Shown: piece after piece, positions 9,988 to 18,488 of the stretch
Position numbering within the stretch: position 1 is the first letter of the stretch
How the letters are laid out: the number at the start of each line of letters is the position of its first letter
Notes under the pieces: model-generated
What the model was told of the DNA's origin: nothing
What the model saw: the letters and a program-made list of their open reading frames with translations, nothing else
Database searches by the model: none
Origin: Prevotella sp.
GTDB lineage: Bacteria > Bacteroidota > Bacteroidia > Bacteroidales > Bacteroidaceae
Assembly (NCBI GenBank): GCA_021204905.1
Contig: JAJPYN010000011.1
Location: forward strand, 16,803-80,802
Reading direction: 5' to 3'
Length of the DNA stretch: 64,000 nt
Made by a program: the position numbers and the translations under genes

Positions 9988-11230
9988 ACTGCAAGAAATA
10001 AAGCGGCGGTACAATATCGTGGGCAACTGCGATGCGCTGAACTACTCGCTCGACGTGGCGTTGCAAGTGGCGCCCACCGACCTGTCCGTGCTCGTCGTCG
10101 GCGAGAGCGGCGTGGGCAAAGAAGTAATTCCGAAGCTCATTCACGACAACTCGCCGCGACGCAGGGAGAAATATTTCGCGGTGAACTGCGGCAGCATCCC
10201 GCAAGGCACCATTGACAGCGAGCTGTTCGGCCACGAGAAGGGTTCGTTCACCGGCGCCATCGGCGAGAGCGAAGGTTATTTCGGCGTGGCGAACAAAGGC
10301 ACGATCTTCCTCGACGAGGTGGGCGAACTGCCTATGGCGACGCAAGCGAGGCTGCTGCGCGTGCTCGAGACGGGCGAATATATCCGCGTCGGCGGCCAGC
10401 AAATAATGAAAACCGACGTGCGCATCGTCGCGGCAACAAACGTGAACATCCGCCAGGCCATCAGCGAAGGGCGTTTCCGCGAAGACCTTTACTACCGCCT
10501 GAGCACCATCCCGATAAAGATTCCGGCCCTTCGCGAGCGCGGCGACGACATCGTGCTCCTTTTCCGCCTCTTCGCCTTGCAGATGGCCGAGAAATACCGC
10601 ATGCCCGCCATCACGCTCAACGCCGAGGCAAAGCGCATACTTGTCAATTATAAGTGGCCCGGAAACGTGCGCCAGTTGAAAAACGTTACCGAGCAGATGT
10701 CCGTGCTGTCGCCATCGCGCGAGATTGACGCCGACATCATGAAACGCTTCATCCCCGACGACCGCGAGAGCACGCAACTGGCGCGCCTCGACCCCTCGTC
10801 CGACCGGTCGTTCGCCAACGAGCGCGAGATGATTTACCAGATTTTGTTCGACATGAAAGCCAATGTTGACACGCTCAAAGCCGAGATGAAAACGCTGCGC
10901 AACCAGCTCGACGAACAGCGCTCGCTCGCGGGGCTGGCAGGCTTCGACACGCCGACGGAAGAGAGCAGTTTCAAACTCGGCGACACGGCCGACAAGCCGG
11001 CGGACAACTCGCGGTTGCCCTCGCGAATGGCGCCGGCAGACAGCTCGCACGTGTTCACCGACGCGGAGGAAGTGTCTGAGTTTCAGACCACTAACCTGAA
11101 AGATATGAACCGCGAGATGCTCGTCAAAGTGCTTGAAAAAAACGGCGGCAACCGGCGCAAAACGGCCGAGCAACTGGGCATCTCCGACCGCACGCTCTAC
11201 CGCCGCCTGAGCGAGTTCGGAATAAAATGA
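9968..11230 (+). CDS. sigma-54-interacting AAA+ transcriptional activator (no receiver domain)
   Basis: Motifs GESGVGKE (Walker A) and GAFTGA-like GSFTGA are present, with a C-terminal Fis-type HTH (AEQLGISDRTLYRRL). It overlaps the pdxA end by 20 nt. Confidence 0.88.
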   Translation: MAMDNNKLQEIKRRYNIVGNCDALNYSLDVALQVAPTDLSVLVVGESGVGKEVIPKLIHDNSPRRREKYFAVNCGSIPQGTIDSELFGHEKGSFTGAIGESEGYFGVANKGTIFLDEVGELPMATQARLLRVLETGEYIRVGGQQIMKTDVRIVAATNVNIRQAISEGRFREDLYYRLSTIPIKIPALRERGDDIVLLFRLFALQMAEKYRMPAITLNAEAKRILVNYKWPGNVRQLKNVTEQMSVLSPSREIDADIMKRFIPDDRESTQLARLDPSSDRSFANEREMIYQILFDMKANVDTLKAEMKTLRNQLDEQRSLAGLAGFDTPTEESSFKLGDTADKPADNSRLPSRMAPADSSHVFTDAEEVSEFQTTNLKDMNREMLVKVLEKNGGNRRKTAEQLGISDRTLYRRLSEFGIK

Positions 11231-11326
11231 ACGGCCTTGGGAAAGCGAATTTGAATTAGGATGAACAGCCTTGGAAAGCGAATTCAAAATAAGATGAACA
11301 GCCTTGGAAATCGACTTCGGAGTAAG
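11227..11326 (+). repeat. 3 x ~33-nt tandem repeat, each unit starting with ATGAAC
   Basis: The units are 11227-11260 (34 nt), 11261-11293 and 11294-11326 (33 nt each). Units 2 and 3 are in frame with the lptE-like ORF. Confidence 0.9.
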
Positions 11327-11872
11327 ATGAAACACTTAGCAACCTCTCGCGGGCAACTGCTGCGGAACGCCCTTTGTTTATTGCCCTTTACCGGCGTGCT
11401 CGCCCTTTGTTCGTGCGCCTTTTCGGGCTATAAATTCAACGGCGCGAGCATCGATTACACCACGACGAAGACCATCCAGATTGCCGACTTCCCCAACCGC
11501 GCGTCGTACGTCTGGGGCCCGATGGCATCGATGTTCAACAACTCGCTCAAAGACGAATTCGCCTCGCACACGAAGCTGACGCAAGTCAGGCGCAACGGCG
11601 ACCTTGTCATCGACGGCGAGATCACGCAATACTCGCAGCGCAACAAGTCGGTTTCGTCCGAAGGCTACTCCGCGCAGACCGAGTTGTCGATGACCGTCAA
11701 CGTGCGGTTCACCAACACGAAAAACCAAACCGAGAACTTCGAACAACAGTTCACCGCCACGTCGTCGTACGAAACAACGCAAAGCCTCACGTCGGTGCAG
11801 GAAGAGCTCGTTACCGAGATGATCGACGACCTTGTGGACCAGATTTTCAACGCGACAGTGGCCAACTGGTAG
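11327..11872 (+). CDS. LptE-like lipoprotein
   Basis: A lipobox (LALCSC) is present. The position between the sigma54 ATPase and the TPR/secG genes is conserved in Bacteroidota. Alternative in-frame ATGs lie at 11261 and 11294 inside the repeat. Confidence 0.6.
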   Translation: MKHLATSRGQLLRNALCLLPFTGVLALCSCAFSGYKFNGASIDYTTTKTIQIADFPNRASYVWGPMASMFNNSLKDEFASHTKLTQVRRNGDLVIDGEITQYSQRNKSVSSEGYSAQTELSMTVNVRFTNTKNQTENFEQQFTATSSYETTQSLTSVQEELVTEMIDDLVDQIFNATVANW

Positions 11873-12595
11873 ATGAATTTTAACAAATATATACAACACC
11901 CCGAACTGCTCGACCGCGAGACGCTCTACGCCCTGCGCAGCCACGTGGCGATGTACCCGTGCCACCAAACGGCGCGGCTGCTCATGCTGAAAAACCTGTA
12001 CATCCTCCACGACCCCACCTTCGACGAAGAACTGCGCGCCGCCGCATTTTTCATCACCGACCGCACCGCACTTTTCAACATCGCCGAAGCCGGTTACCAC
12101 ACGCTGCGCAAGCCTTTGGAAACAGCTCCTGACGCTCCCGGCGACGACACCGCCACCATCATCAACCGCTTCATCCAAACATCGTCCGACGGCAACGCAA
12201 CCGTGCCCGCCACAGTCGACGCCACCATCGATTACATGGGTTATCTCATGGCGCAAACGGCCGCGCCCGAGACGCTGAACAACACCAAGACCGACACCGA
12301 CAACATCATCGACAGCTTCCTCGAGAAGGACGGCGGCAAAATCGTCATCCCGCGCGACGCCGGCAACACCACGCCCGACGAGGTGCCCTTCGAGAACGAC
12401 CGCGACGAGGTGCAAGAGGATTTCTACACCGAGAGCCTCGCGAAATTGTACGTCAAACAAGGCAATTACGTTAAGGCGCTCGAAATATTTCGGCAATTAA
12501 ATTTGAACAACTCGCAAAAAAACGTTTACTTTGCAGACCAAATGCGGTTCCTCGAAAAGGCAATCGCCATAACGAAAGGCGCCGCGAAGAAATAA
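11873..12595 (+). CDS. hypothetical protein with a TPR-like C-terminus
   Basis: 240 aa with the C-terminal sequence LAKLYVKQGNYVKALEIFRQL. The ATG overlaps the stop of the preceding gene (TAGATG). Confidence 0.6.
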   Translation: MNFNKYIQHPELLDRETLYALRSHVAMYPCHQTARLLMLKNLYILHDPTFDEELRAAAFFITDRTALFNIAEAGYHTLRKPLETAPDAPGDDTATIINRFIQTSSDGNATVPATVDATIDYMGYLMAQTAAPETLNNTKTDTDNIIDSFLEKDGGKIVIPRDAGNTTPDEVPFENDRDEVQEDFYTESLAKLYVKQGNYVKALEIFRQLNLNNSQKNVYFADQMRFLEKAIAITKGAAKK

Positions 12596-12618
12596 AAAGG
12601 GTAAAAACTACAAAAAAA

Positions 12619-13023
12619 ATGTACACATTATTAGTCATTTTAATAGTGATAATTGCCATTCTCATGATTGGCATCGTGCTCATTCAGGAAAGCAAAGGCG
12701 GCGGCTTGGCCTCCAACCTCTCCGGCGGCAATCAGGTGCTCGGCGTGCGCAAAACCACCGACGTGGTGGAGAAAACAACGTGGATTCTCGCCGCATTGAT
12801 GGTTGTCATCAGCGTCATTTGCGCCTATGTTGCGCCTCGCGCGGCATCGGAACAGAGTGTGTTTGAGGGCGTTACGCCGCAGACCGAGCAGACCAACCCT
12901 GTAACGAAACCGGGCTTCGGAGCGGATGCCACACCTGCCGCACCGGCTGCTACAGGCGCAGAAGGCGGCGAGACAACAGCTCCCGTGCAAGCTCCGGCGG
13001 CTCCGGCAACACCCGCGAAGTAA
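12619..13023 (+). CDS. secG: preprotein translocase subunit SecG
   Basis: The N-terminal TM and LIQESKGGGLAS motif are present. The C-terminal tail is Ala/Pro-rich. Confidence 0.9.
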   Translation: MYTLLVILIVIIAILMIGIVLIQESKGGGLASNLSGGNQVLGVRKTTDVVEKTTWILAALMVVISVICAYVAPRAASEQSVFEGVTPQTEQTNPVTKPGFGADATPAAPAATGAEGGETTAPVQAPAAPATPAK

Positions 13024-13068
13024 CTAATAATTATCCCTTGTTTGCTTGCACTTCCCGCGAGCAAGCAT

Positions 13069-13076
13069 TACCTTTG
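13069..13076 (+). promoter_or_regulatory. -7 box (TACCTTTG) for tRNA-His
   Basis: The motif lies 33 nt upstream of the tRNA 5' end. Confidence 0.45.
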
Positions 13077-13108
13077 TCGCCGCTTTTGAGATGGTCAAAG
13101 GTAGACAT

Positions 13109-13183
13109 GGTGCCCGTAGTTCAGTTGGTTAGAGCGTCAGATTGTGGTTCTGAATGTCGTGGGTTCGAGTCCCACCAGGCACC
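13109..13183 (+). tRNA. tRNA-His (GTG)
   Basis: I folded the cloverleaf by hand. It has an encoded G-1 opposite C73, anticodon loop TTGTGGT and T-loop TTCGAGT. There is one C-A mismatch in the acceptor stem, and no CCA is encoded. Confidence 0.9.
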
Positions 13184-13259
13184 CTGAACAAGGCGGCTTT
13201 GCTTGAAATAAATGTGAGCGGGCCGCCGTTTTAAGTTAAACGCAAATCTATTATTTCCT

Positions 13260-13955
13260 ATGTGGTCAACATTGTTTAGAGCCGTCGTTGCCGTTGTTGC
13301 CGGCGTGCTGATGGTGATGTATCCGAGCGACATCGCCCGCTGGTTCACCATCCTGTTCGGGGTCCTGTTTTTCATCTCGGGCTTCGTCTCGATAGTGTGG
13401 TATTACGTGATGCTGCGGAGGTACAACCGCGCGATGCTCGCCGCAACTTCAACCGAAGAAGAAAGCGAAATGCCGCAAGTGCATAAACCCGCCATCCCCA
13501 TCGTCGGCATCGGTTGCGCATTGCTCGGCTTGATTCTCGCGCTGATGCCCGAAACGGTGAACGACCTGCTCGTCTACGTCTTCGCCGTGATAATCATCCT
13601 CGGCGCAATAAGCGAGTTCATCGCCCTAATCTCGGTGCACATCGCCCTTAACGACTGCCAAAAAACCGCCTCGCCGCCCGTCGCCGCCCGACCCGCTTAC
13701 GGCTATTACATCCTGCCGGCACTGCTGCTCATCTTCGGCATCGTCGCGCTCATCTACGGCAAAGGCCTCCTCTCCGTGCCCTACATCTGCCTCGGCATCG
13801 CGTTCATTGTCTACGGCCTGTCCGAAGTGATCAGCCTCATCAAAACCTCCTCCGTCCGCAAGAATATCTCGCGCGCAACAATCATCGCCATCCCGGCAAG
13901 CGAAACAATTGAAGACGCCGAGGTTGTTTCTGAGGAAGGCAAAGAGAACAATTGA
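13260..13955 (+). CDS. DUF308/HdeD-like integral membrane protein
   Basis: 231 aa with about 6 TM helices and no other recognisable domain. Confidence 0.55.
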   Translation: MWSTLFRAVVAVVAGVLMVMYPSDIARWFTILFGVLFFISGFVSIVWYYVMLRRYNRAMLAATSTEEESEMPQVHKPAIPIVGIGCALLGLILALMPETVNDLLVYVFAVIIILGAISEFIALISVHIALNDCQKTASPPVAARPAYGYYILPALLLIFGIVALIYGKGLLSVPYICLGIAFIVYGLSEVISLIKTSSVRKNISRATIIAIPASETIEDAEVVSEEGKENN

Positions 13956-13960
13956 CAGCA

Positions 13961-14623
13961 ATGCCGGAGCAAAACCTAATTTCTATAAGGAAAGAAGTTT
14001 CGGTTGCGTTTGCGCCGGACATCTTTTACATCAACCTCACGCTGAGAAGCGGACACGAGACGTATGAGGAGGTGTACGAGCAGGCGCGGAGCAACAACAG
14101 CAAGGTGGCAAAGGCTGTGAAAGACGCCGGCGGCAAATCGATTAAGACAGAGGCAACCGGCTTTGAAGTAGCGACGAAGACCGTGCCTGAACACGACGAG
14201 CAAGGCAGGGAAACAGGCACGAAAATCGTCGGGCTGATACTGACGCAGAGGGTAAAAATTGAGTTTAAGCTTAATGCCGCTCTGCTTGTCAAAATGGTGA
14301 ACCTCATCGGCGAGCATATAAAAAATGCGGAATTGGAAATATTCGTCAAAGCAAGCGATTCTCATCAGTATCATTTGAAGGCAATGGAGAAAGCTGTCCG
14401 TGAATCGAAGGAATTGGCGGAGGCGATGGCAAAAGCGGGCGGCGCTGTGTTGGGCGCGATGAAATATATTCATTGTAATTCGGAAGAATGCAATATCGAC
14501 AAATTGATACGCAGGGTAAGTTGTGCGGAAGAAGCGCTTGAACTGACCGAGGATACATTGAATGCAGATGATTTCCGGCTGAATGAAACAGTCGTCGTTT
14601 CGTCAGAGTGGTATTTGCAATAG
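13961..14623 (+). CDS. SIMPL (DUF541)-domain protein without a signal peptide
   Basis: The APDIFYINLTL...GFEV...AMEKAVRESKELAEAMAKAGGAVLGAM pattern is typical of SIMPL/YggE-like proteins. The ATG lies 5 nt after the previous stop. Confidence 0.6.
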   Translation: MPEQNLISIRKEVSVAFAPDIFYINLTLRSGHETYEEVYEQARSNNSKVAKAVKDAGGKSIKTEATGFEVATKTVPEHDEQGRETGTKIVGLILTQRVKIEFKLNAALLVKMVNLIGEHIKNAELEIFVKASDSHQYHLKAMEKAVRESKELAEAMAKAGGAVLGAMKYIHCNSEECNIDKLIRRVSCAEEALELTEDTLNADDFRLNETVVVSSEWYLQ

Positions 14624-14641
14624 CGCGAAAAGCAAGGAGAC

Positions 14642-16909
14642 GTGAACAAATCGGGCTTCTCCATAGTAATTAAAGGCGTCCGGCAAGTAGGGCTGAGCGA
14701 CAAGGACGGCAAGGAGATACTGCCGTGCATTTACGACAAAATCCTCGACTTCGACGACGACGGATACATTCGTTTTCTCAAAGACGGCATATACGGCACC
14801 GTCGATTTGGAAGGAAACATCGTCATCCCGCACGCCAAAGGGCTGACCCATCTCGGCGTCTTTCACGACGGTACGGCACGGGCACAGAAAGGCGACAAGT
14901 GGGGATTGGTCGACACGAAAGGCGATGAAGTAGGAGAATTTTGTTACACGAAGATAAACGCTTGGTACAAAGACAGTTACAAAGCTTATAAGCAAGGCGG
15001 CACAACGGGCAGCTTGTCCGCTGACGGTACATTTGTCGCTTCAAAGAAGAAAGGTCGTCCCGCGCCGCAATTCAGCCATATCGCGACTTACAGAAACGAT
15101 GTTGCGCCGGCGTATATCTACAAAACCGGGTGGGTTTTCATCGACAGGGACAAGCACAGAATCAACGATTACGTCTACGAATGGATGGACCCGGTTTTGC
15201 GAAACGGCGTGTATTACGTTCGCAAAGATTCGCATCATTACGGCATCGCGCGCTACGACGGCACGCCTGTCTCGGACGTCTGGCTTTATTCTGCAATCCA
15301 TTTCGACGAAAACGGACTTGCGATTTGCTCTCAGCCGCACCGCGACGAGAACGGCAAAACGGTAATGCTTGTCAACGGGCAGCCTCGTTACGATTACGGC
15401 ATTTTCAAAATTGACGGCACGTTTCTCTTTCCGATGGTCTATTCCCAACTTCATTGGAACGATTACAAAAAGAAAGATTGCTGGTGCGCCGAAGACGATC
15501 TCGCTTGCTATCTACTTTTCCCCGACGGCACGCGCAGGATTTACAAGAAGACAAGCGCAATACGCGACGGGGTCTCTCTCCGCTGCATCCCGCCAGAAGA
15601 ATATAACAACTTCATCCCCGAAGAAGTATTTTTCAACATCTACCGGCCGAAGGTCATCACCACGGAATACTACCTGCTGTTTGAAAAGCCGACGTTCGAC
15701 CGGGCTGTCGCGACGTGGAAACCGTCCTTCAACAGCGACAAAATTAAAATATTCTTCCGCGACACGGATGCTCCGATAGACCTTAAATTTTACAAAAAAG
15801 GACGGCTGTTACGCGCCGGAGAGTTTATGGAATCTACCGACAAATTGCGCCGCCCGGTGCACAAAACGCGCTTCCTTATCCTCACGAGGATGGATGTGGC
15901 CGACTACGATTCCTTGCAAGATTACATCAAAAAAGAGGACAGCCCGTTTCGCGGAAATGTCATTCACAGCAATGCCTGCTTCGTTGTTCTCGATGTGCAA
16001 CACTGCAACGGCGTAACCCAAATCGTCTTGTTTCAGATTATCGATGCCGCCATTGTCGTTGCAAAAAAGAACAAAGCGAAGATTGATTTTTCCACTTGCA
16101 AATGGTTTCCGGACGGTCTATGCACCTTTGCTTACGAGGTTTTACAAAGTTGCATAAAACAGCCGGTGCATGGGTATTCGATGTCCGACTATTGGATCAA
16201 AGCGATGCACCGCCCGATTGGTTTAAGCGAAGACGGCAAACCCGTGCCGCTGGAATGGCAAAATGAATATACCCTGCTCACGAACACGCAAGAAGAGGAG
16301 GATTTCTATCGGGCTTACGACCGGGTCATCCGCCACGAATATTTTCATTGGACATTTATGGGATTTAAAACGATACAAAATTCAACGGTGAAAGTCGTTG
16401 TGGGCGACATCACCAAACTCGATGTTGATGCGATAGTTAACGCTGCCAACTGCACCCTTCTCGGCGGCGGGGGAGTCGACGGAGCTATCCACCGCGCGGC
16501 GGGGAAACAACTGCTCGAAGAATGCCGGACGCTGGGCGGCTGCGAGACCGGGCAGAGCAAGATTACCGGTGCATATCGACTGCCTTGCAAGAAAATCATT
16601 CACACCGTCGGACCTGTGTGGGAAGGCGGTAATGCAAACGAAGCGGCACTGCTCGCATCTTGTTATAAAACGGCGTTGAAATTAGCGCAAGAAACAGAGA
16701 TGAAAAGCATCGCGTTCCCCTGCATCAGCACCGGCGCGTACGGTTATCCGCGTCAGGAGGCGGCGCAAGTGGCAATGGATGCGATAGTGAAATGCTTGAA
16801 GCGACGCGATTATGAGGGCGACATCATCATCTGCTGTTTCACCGACGAGGATGCCGGAATTTACACCGAAGTGATACGTAAAATGCGCTGCGGCCGCTTC
16901 CTCTTTTAG
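14642..16909 (+). CDS. WG-repeat / unknown central domain / C-terminal macrodomain fusion protein
   Basis: 755 aa with a GTG start and no signal peptide. N-terminal [12 protein letters not shown]-type WG repeats are followed by a C-terminal macrodomain (aa ~583-745: [43 protein letters not shown]). Confidence 0.8.
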   Translation: MNKSGFSIVIKGVRQVGLSDKDGKEILPCIYDKILDFDDDGYIRFLKDGIYGTVDLEGNIVIPHAKGLTHLGVFHDGTARAQKGDKWGLVDTKGDEVGEFCYTKINAWYKDSYKAYKQGGTTGSLSADGTFVASKKKGRPAPQFSHIATYRNDVAPAYIYKTGWVFIDRDKHRINDYVYEWMDPVLRNGVYYVRKDSHHYGIARYDGTPVSDVWLYSAIHFDENGLAICSQPHRDENGKTVMLVNGQPRYDYGIFKIDGTFLFPMVYSQLHWNDYKKKDCWCAEDDLACYLLFPDGTRRIYKKTSAIRDGVSLRCIPPEEYNNFIPEEVFFNIYRPKVITTEYYLLFEKPTFDRAVATWKPSFNSDKIKIFFRDTDAPIDLKFYKKGRLLRAGEFMESTDKLRRPVHKTRFLILTRMDVADYDSLQDYIKKEDSPFRGNVIHSNACFVVLDVQHCNGVTQIVLFQIIDAAIVVAKKNKAKIDFSTCKWFPDGLCTFAYEVLQSCIKQPVHGYSMSDYWIKAMHRPIGLSEDGKPVPLEWQNEYTLLTNTQEEEDFYRAYDRVIRHEYFHWTFMGFKTIQNSTVKVVVGDITKLDVDAIVNAANCTLLGGGGVDGAIHRAAGKQLLEECRTLGGCETGQSKITGAYRLPCKKIIHTVGPVWEGGNANEAALLASCYKTALKLAQETEMKSIAFPCISTGAYGYPRQEAAQVAMDAIVKCLKRRDYEGDIIICCFTDEDAGIYTEVIRKMRCGRFLF

Positions 16910-16949
16910 GTCGCGGGATAACCTAATATGTGTGCAAAGGCTTTGGAGT

Positions 16950-16984
16950 AAAAAAAAACGGGACGCACCATTACGCACGCCCCG
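16950..16984 (-). terminator. rho-independent terminator downstream of the CTD remnant
   Basis: On the minus strand, the stem CGGGGCG..CGTCCCG is followed by T9. Confidence 0.55.
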
Positions 16985-17031
16985 CTTACTTTATGCCGGA
17001 AGCAATCTTGCTTCACAATCTCGGAGCGATC

Positions 17032-17241
17032 TTACTTCACCAGCACTTTCTTCGTAGTCCCGTCGGAATACTTAACGATGTTCACTCCATTTGTCGGAAT
17101 TAAAACCTGCTTGCCGTCAATCGAGCAATAATCGCTGACATTTGTCTGACTGTCAACCGCCACTGCACTAATTCCGTCCACGTTCGAGTCGTCGCCGTCC
17201 ACGTCCGAGTTGTCACCTTGATTCTCGTCAACGTCCGGCAA
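17032..17241 (-). pseudogene. 3' remnant of a T9SS-cargo gene (acidic linker plus C-terminal sorting domain only)
   Basis: The 69 codons end in ..IDGKQVLIPTNGVNIVKYSDGTTKKVLVK, like the CTDs at 37.8, 53.6, 60.0 and 63.7 kb. There is no ATG (the first codon is TTG), and the frame closes immediately upstream. Confidence 0.6.
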
Positions 17242-17334
17242 GTTTTCTACTTCCGTTATGTTATGTTAGTGCATACGTCTGTCTAATCGTAGTCTTAATT
17301 CTATAATATTTATGCTGAAGATACAATTATACCA

Positions 17335-17706
17335 TCACCAATTCCTTTTGCCCGGTTTGCGCCTATTGCTGGCAAGGATGGCGGCATTCTCTTCCTCTGC
17401 CGTCAAGGGAACGGGATTCTTGCGGTTGCACTCGAGCCACTTATCCAACTCGTCTTGATAGAGAACATATCTCTTGCCCGGCTTGGTGGCGGGGATTATA
17501 CCTGCACTCAATTTCATGTACAGGGTGCGGAGCGGGATCCTCAAATATTCCGCCGCTTCCTCCACCGACATCGGGCGATGTTTGTTCTCTTTACGCCCGA
17601 AATACTCTCTTTGCAGATTGACAAGCATCTGCCTCATGCCGATCACCTCATCCCGAAGCTCGGCGACGACCTGCGGAAGGTCGTTGAATGTAATTTGTTC
17701 GTTCAT
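17335..17706 (-). CDS. excisionase-family helix-turn-helix DNA-binding protein
   Basis: MSVEEAAEYLRIPLRTLYMKLSAGIIPATKPGKRYVLYQDELDKWL is an HTH_17/MerR-like excisionase motif. The start is trimmed to MNEQITF. Confidence 0.75.
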   Translation of the reverse strand: MNEQITFNDLPQVVAELRDEVIGMRQMLVNLQREYFGRKENKHRPMSVEEAAEYLRIPLRTLYMKLSAGIIPATKPGKRYVLYQDELDKWLECNRKNPVPLTAEEENAAILASNRRKPGKRNW

Positions 17707-17839
17707 AGTTCTTTGTAGATTAATCGGCGGCAAAAGAACGGAATAATGTGCCGATGATTTCAGTTGCAAGCAATAATCGGGCGATAATCGTCAAATCAAT
17801 GAAAATAATGAAATCTTATTTACTACACTTAAAGGCAAT

Positions 17840-17870
17840 GTATATAACCTGTTGTTAATCAGTTATATAC
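17840..17870. repeat. perfect 9-bp inverted repeat GTATATAAC-N13-GTTATATAC
   Basis: I read it directly from the sequence, between the ASCH-like stop and the HTH gene start. It could be an operator or a terminator. Confidence 0.7.
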
Positions 17871-17940
17871 ACGCAAATTGATTGCGAGCGGCAACGAATA
17901 GCGGCAACGTCGGGCAAGGAACAACTTTTCGGCCCGGATG

Positions 17941-18321
17941 TTATTTGAGGTTGGTTGCGAGTACTTTGCCTAATGTGATGACGAAGAGCGGCATACCTTC
18001 GGGAGCGTCGGCTTCGCTCGGAAATTCTTTTCTGAACTCGTCGTCAACAAACCAAAGTTCAATAGTTTTAACTTCGCAGTCAAGAAACCACTTGTTATTG
18101 TAGGGATAGAAGTGGATAACATCGTACTCTTTCAAGTCGGTTGCCTGATGCGGGTTGTCGGGGTCGTTAAATTCACATAAGCGCACAGCCCAGAAGTCTG
18201 ACCACGCGCGGAACTCGTGCTTCTTCGTGCCTGCAAGAATTTCAAGGGCGTACTCCTTTCGCATCACGCATTTCAACACGCGCAATTCCTGCTCTTGCCG
18301 CTTCGTTTCTTTCTTTGCCAT
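17941..18321 (-). CDS. ASCH-like (PUA-fold) domain protein
   Basis: 126 aa. EILAGTKKHEFRAW resembles the ASCH GxKxxExR signature. Confidence 0.45.
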   Translation of the reverse strand: MAKKETKRQEQELRVLKCVMRKEYALEILAGTKKHEFRAWSDFWAVRLCEFNDPDNPHQATDLKEYDVIHFYPYNNKWFLDCEVKTIELWFVDDEFRKEFPSEADAPEGMPLFVITLGKVLATNLK

Positions 18322-18353
18322 AATCGATTTATCAGGTGGTTTCGTTTATTTGG

Positions 18354-18361
18354 CAAATATA
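18354..18361 (-). promoter_or_regulatory. -7 box (TATATTTG) for the ASCH-like gene
   Basis: The reverse complement of caaatata is TATATTTG, 33 nt upstream of the ATG at 18321. Confidence 0.4.
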
Positions 18362-18395
18362 TTAAATTTCTTTTTCGAGCCGAAATTTACACGAG

Positions 18396-18438
18396 GTTAT
18401 TGCTACTTAAAAGCAAAGTTATTGCTATTTGGAAGCAA
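18396..18438. repeat. two adjacent 21-bp direct repeats (GTTATTGCTAyTTrrAAGCAA)
   Basis: The copies are at 18396-18416 and 18418-18438, at the right edge of the AT-rich islet just before the symporter stop. Confidence 0.7.
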
Positions 18439-18488
18439 GCTTTTTAAGGCCAAATAGCGGCATTAAGACTTAGTGATAAGGCGAAGGG

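Larger units (their letters stand above)
17242..18488 (-). mobile_element. possible decayed remnant of an integrative/mobilisable element
   Basis: This is the AT-richest stretch of the window. It holds an HTH_17/excisionase-type gene, an ASCH-like gene and AT-rich spacers with inverted and direct repeats. I saw no integrase, relaxase or att duplication. Confidence 0.3.

Noticed and set aside
13109-18488. Intact integrative element at tRNA-His
   Set aside because: I found no integrase or recombinase gene, no relaxase or conjugation genes, and no direct repeat of the tRNA 3' end. I claim only a decayed islet.
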